Assembly: GCA_964014165.1 (NCBI GenBank)
Contig: CAXGZM010000002.1
Location: 1 to 40,800, forward strand
Length of the DNA stretch: 40,800 nt
Source: an uncultured euryarchaeote
GTDB taxonomy: Archaea; Thermoplasmatota; Poseidoniia; Poseidoniales; Poseidoniaceae
Direction of reading: 5' to 3'
The translations under genes and the position numbers were made by a program. The notes below the pieces were generated by a model. That model saw nothing but the letters and a program-made list of their open reading frames with translations. It made no database searches and had not been told where the DNA came from. Shown here in pieces: positions 38,544 through 40,800 of this stretch (the first letter of the stretch is position 1; each line of letters begins with the position of its first letter).

Positions 38544-40409
38544 ATGGCCGACGACTCCACGCCCATCGAGGTGGAACTCAAGGCCGTTGACAACAACACG
38601 CAGCGGCAGTTGAACTTCTCTGCCGCCGCCACCGTGGCGTTCGCTTTCGCCTTCCTGATGCTCGCCATGACGCTCACCGCACCGGCCGCTAAAACCAACG
38701 ACGTTGGCCCGGATTTCTCGGTCGAATGGTGGAACACACCGCTGAGCGACCGTCATCTGATGGACCTCCCCATGGACACCCTGCGTGCACAGCTCCCTGA
38801 GAACGGCACCTATCAGGCGCTGCCTTACGAGGAGCACTTCGTTGAGGTTGAGCTTCCTGCCAGCGAGCAGGACGCCGGGTTCCCGGGACCGGCGCTGATG
38901 CACGTGGCGCTGTGGCTGCCCGACGTCCCCGATGGCACGAAGATTCCTGTCATCATGACCATTCACCCGTACTACGATTTCGGCGGCGAAGGCATTGCTG
39001 GCGACGATTCCGCCCCCAACACGGTGCCGGACGGCGGGGTGGGCAAGTGGGTGTACGACACCTTCGTCCCCCACGGCTACGCACTCGCTCAAGCCTCGAC
39101 CTTTGGTACGGGGCAGTCGACCCACTGCCAGGACGTCAAGGGACTGGGCGAACAGACCGGCATTCAAGGCGTCGTGGACTGGCTGGGCGAGCAGGAATGG
39201 TCGAACGGCAACGTCGGCCTGATGGGCAAGTCCTACGCAGGCACAACCAACTGGGAAGCTGCGCAGCAACCCTCGCCCTACCTGAAGACGATCGTGCCCA
39301 TCTCGGGCTCGATTGGCGTCCAAGAAATGTTCTATAGAAACGGCTCTTCCGAGGCCCGCGCCATGCTTTACGATGCCCTCTACGAAGGTGCAACCACGGA
39401 TGCGACCAGCGATGATTTGCGCATGTGCACCGACGACGTCATCGGCCCTCTCAACCCCTTGACGACCTGGGCCGGTGCTGAATTCGGCGGCGCTGAGTGG
39501 AACGATTACTGGGATGAACGGCGCCACCTGCCCGACGTGCTGGCCAACTACAACGGCAGCGTCTACCTCGTGTGGGGCATGCAAGACTGGAACGTCGACC
39601 CTTACCACGCCTTCCCGACCTACCAGTTGATGCGGGACGCCGGCATCAACGCCCGAGCCATTGCCGGTCAGTGGGCGCACAACTACCCCGACCAACCCGA
39701 CCGCCACAGCGAGATGGGCAGCGGCTACGGGGCCGAGGCCTACCCCAACATGAGTCGCATGGACTGGGCGGTGGAACTCTATGGCTGGTTCAACTACTAC
39801 CTGAAGGACATCGGTGAGGAACCCGAGCCGATGGTCCAAATCCAAACCCACGACGGAAAATGGCACGTTGAGGAAACCTGGCCGCCTGAGGACATGGAAT
39901 GGACGTCCATCACGCTGGACAGCGTCGAAGGTGATGGAGGAACGGTGAACAGCAACAACCAGCGCTCGTTCACGCTCCCCGCCCTCGAGGAGGACGCACA
40001 CATCTCGGGCATGCCGACCCTCCACCTGTCGGTGGACACGCTGGCCTGCAACGGCGGCCAAGTCTTCGCCACAATGTACGCCGACGGCCTCCGAGTGGGT
40101 CACGCCACGATGGACGTGCGCTACCGAGACGGAGGCTACGAAGCCAACCCAGCAGCACCGTTTTCCACCTACACCATGCTGATGGAATTCAACCCGATGG
40201 ACGTTGACTTGAACGCCGGTGCGGTGATCGAAGTGGTGTTGACCGAATCGGGCGAGGACTACCTCCCCAGCCCGTGCGCTGCCGTTGGCATGAACGTCAA
40301 CTTCGACGCCTCATCCACGCTCAGCTTGCCGCTGATCGACCGACCGGAAAGCGATGACCGCTGGTTCCTCGCTCCGCCGTGGTGGGACCAGCAACCCATT
40401 CCCTCCTGA
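38544..40409 (+). CDS. X-Pro dipeptidyl-peptidase / CocE-NonD family serine hydrolase (S15), N-terminally signal-anchored
   Basis: The ATG at 38544 gives MADDSTP...AAATVAFAFAFLMLAMTLTAPAA (TM helix). Nucleophile motif VGLMGKSYAGT (GxSYxG). The C-terminal beta-sandwich region is typical of PepX_C. The track start at 38463 overlaps the upstream gene. Confidence 0.75.
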   Translation: MADDSTPIEVELKAVDNNTQRQLNFSAAATVAFAFAFLMLAMTLTAPAAKTNDVGPDFSVEWWNTPLSDRHLMDLPMDTLRAQLPENGTYQALPYEEHFVEVELPASEQDAGFPGPALMHVALWLPDVPDGTKIPVIMTIHPYYDFGGEGIAGDDSAPNTVPDGGVGKWVYDTFVPHGYALAQASTFGTGQSTHCQDVKGLGEQTGIQGVVDWLGEQEWSNGNVGLMGKSYAGTTNWEAAQQPSPYLKTIVPISGSIGVQEMFYRNGSSEARAMLYDALYEGATTDATSDDLRMCTDDVIGPLNPLTTWAGAEFGGAEWNDYWDERRHLPDVLANYNGSVYLVWGMQDWNVDPYHAFPTYQLMRDAGINARAIAGQWAHNYPDQPDRHSEMGSGYGAEAYPNMSRMDWAVELYGWFNYYLKDIGEEPEPMVQIQTHDGKWHVEETWPPEDMEWTSITLDSVEGDGGTVNSNNQRSFTLPALEEDAHISGMPTLHLSVDTLACNGGQVFATMYADGLRVGHATMDVRYRDGGYEANPAAPFSTYTMLMEFNPMDVDLNAGAVIEVVLTESGEDYLPSPCAAVGMNVNFDASSTLSLPLIDRPESDDRWFLAPPWWDQQPIPS

Positions 40410-40419
40410 GGTCGCCCTG

Positions 40420-40800
40420 CATGCGCGTGCTGGCCTTCGAAGACCACTATGACATCGAAGCCATGCTCACGGCCGGCGGGGTTAACACCGACGCATTGGT
40501 GATCGAACAGCGATGGAATTCAGCCGACGCACTGGACCACATCCGCCGGTTTCACCCAAACGTCTTGCTGCTGGACCATTACATGCCGCCGCAAAGCGGT
40601 CATCGCGTCCTGAGCGACCTGTTGGCCTCGGATGTCCCTCGTCCGACCATCGTGGTGGCGATGTCGAGCGACTCGGCGAAGAACGATGCCATGGTGAGAC
40701 TCGGTGCTGACATCGGCGTTGTCAAATTTGATGTGGCGGGACTGACACTGTGGCACGATGTGAACCCGTCTGACGAGGGCACTGTTCCGGAGAAACAGGA
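40420..40800 (+). CDS. Response-regulator receiver (CheY-like) domain protein. The 3' end runs off the window.
   Basis: Not in the ORF track because there is no in-window stop. Hand translation: MRVLAFEDHYDIEAML...HPNVLLLDHYMPPQSGHRVL...IVVAMSSD...GADIGVVKF. This carries the acidic pocket, phospho-acceptor Asp, Ser/Thr and Lys positions. GAGGT lies 9 nt upstream of the ATG. Confidence 0.7.

Noticed and set aside
1-40800. CRISPR arrays, rRNA/tRNA genes, transposases, integrases, prophage or plasmid genes, long direct or inverted DNA repeats
   Set aside because: No spacer in my gene calls is longer than 123 bp, and none contains repeat-spacer periodicity or tRNA-like structure. No ORF has recombinase or transposase motifs. 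The only repeats seen are diverged in-frame protein repeats.

Overview
This 40.8 kb window is GC-rich and very gene-dense. By my hand tally only about 2% is non-coding. I call 28 protein-coding genes, two of them cut by the window edges. Those two are absent from the supplied ORF track because they lack an in-window stop: a minus-strand gene at 1..4225 and a plus-strand gene at 40420..40800. I found no rRNA, tRNA, CRISPR array, transposase, integrase or phage gene.

The expression signals look archaeal. First genes of transcription units carry a TATA-like element about 20 nt upstream of the ATG, which implies leaderless mRNAs. Internal genes carry GGTGA-type Shine-Dalgarno motifs. A TrmB-type regulator, stand-alone Lrp/AsnC RAM-domain proteins and a TYW2/Taw2 wyosine enzyme sit among bacterial-type genes (ribA, uvrC, DUF4105, an S15 peptidase). 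My inference is a streamlined planktonic archaeon of the Thermoplasmatota / Marine Group II type; this cannot be proven without a database search.

Three themes stand out:
1. About half of the window encodes exported proteins. These include five membrane proteins with a signal peptide, one C-terminal TM helix and a charged 45-70 aa tail. Their ectodomains carry FG-GAP, thrombospondin-type-3, beta-helix and Ig/PKD-like domains, or, in one case, a cyclophilin domain. There is also a lipobox BNR propeller and a signal-anchored S15 peptidase, with GT2/GT4 glycosyltransferases nearby.
2. A divergent ~10 kb light/oxidative-damage island spans 9707..19680. One arm is NUDIX - class II photolyase - SRPBCC::SDR fusion. 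The other is ribA - bcp - extended TrmB regulator - UbiB/ABC1 kinase - crtI - crtB. Three members have no assigned role, and this is my best candidate for an uncharacterised functional module.
3. A regulatory corner holds two tandem stand-alone RAM-domain paralogues, end to end with a wHTH-NB-ARC-TPR STAND ATPase that is divergent from uvrC.

All product calls rest on motifs I recognised by eye in the translations. No searches were run.
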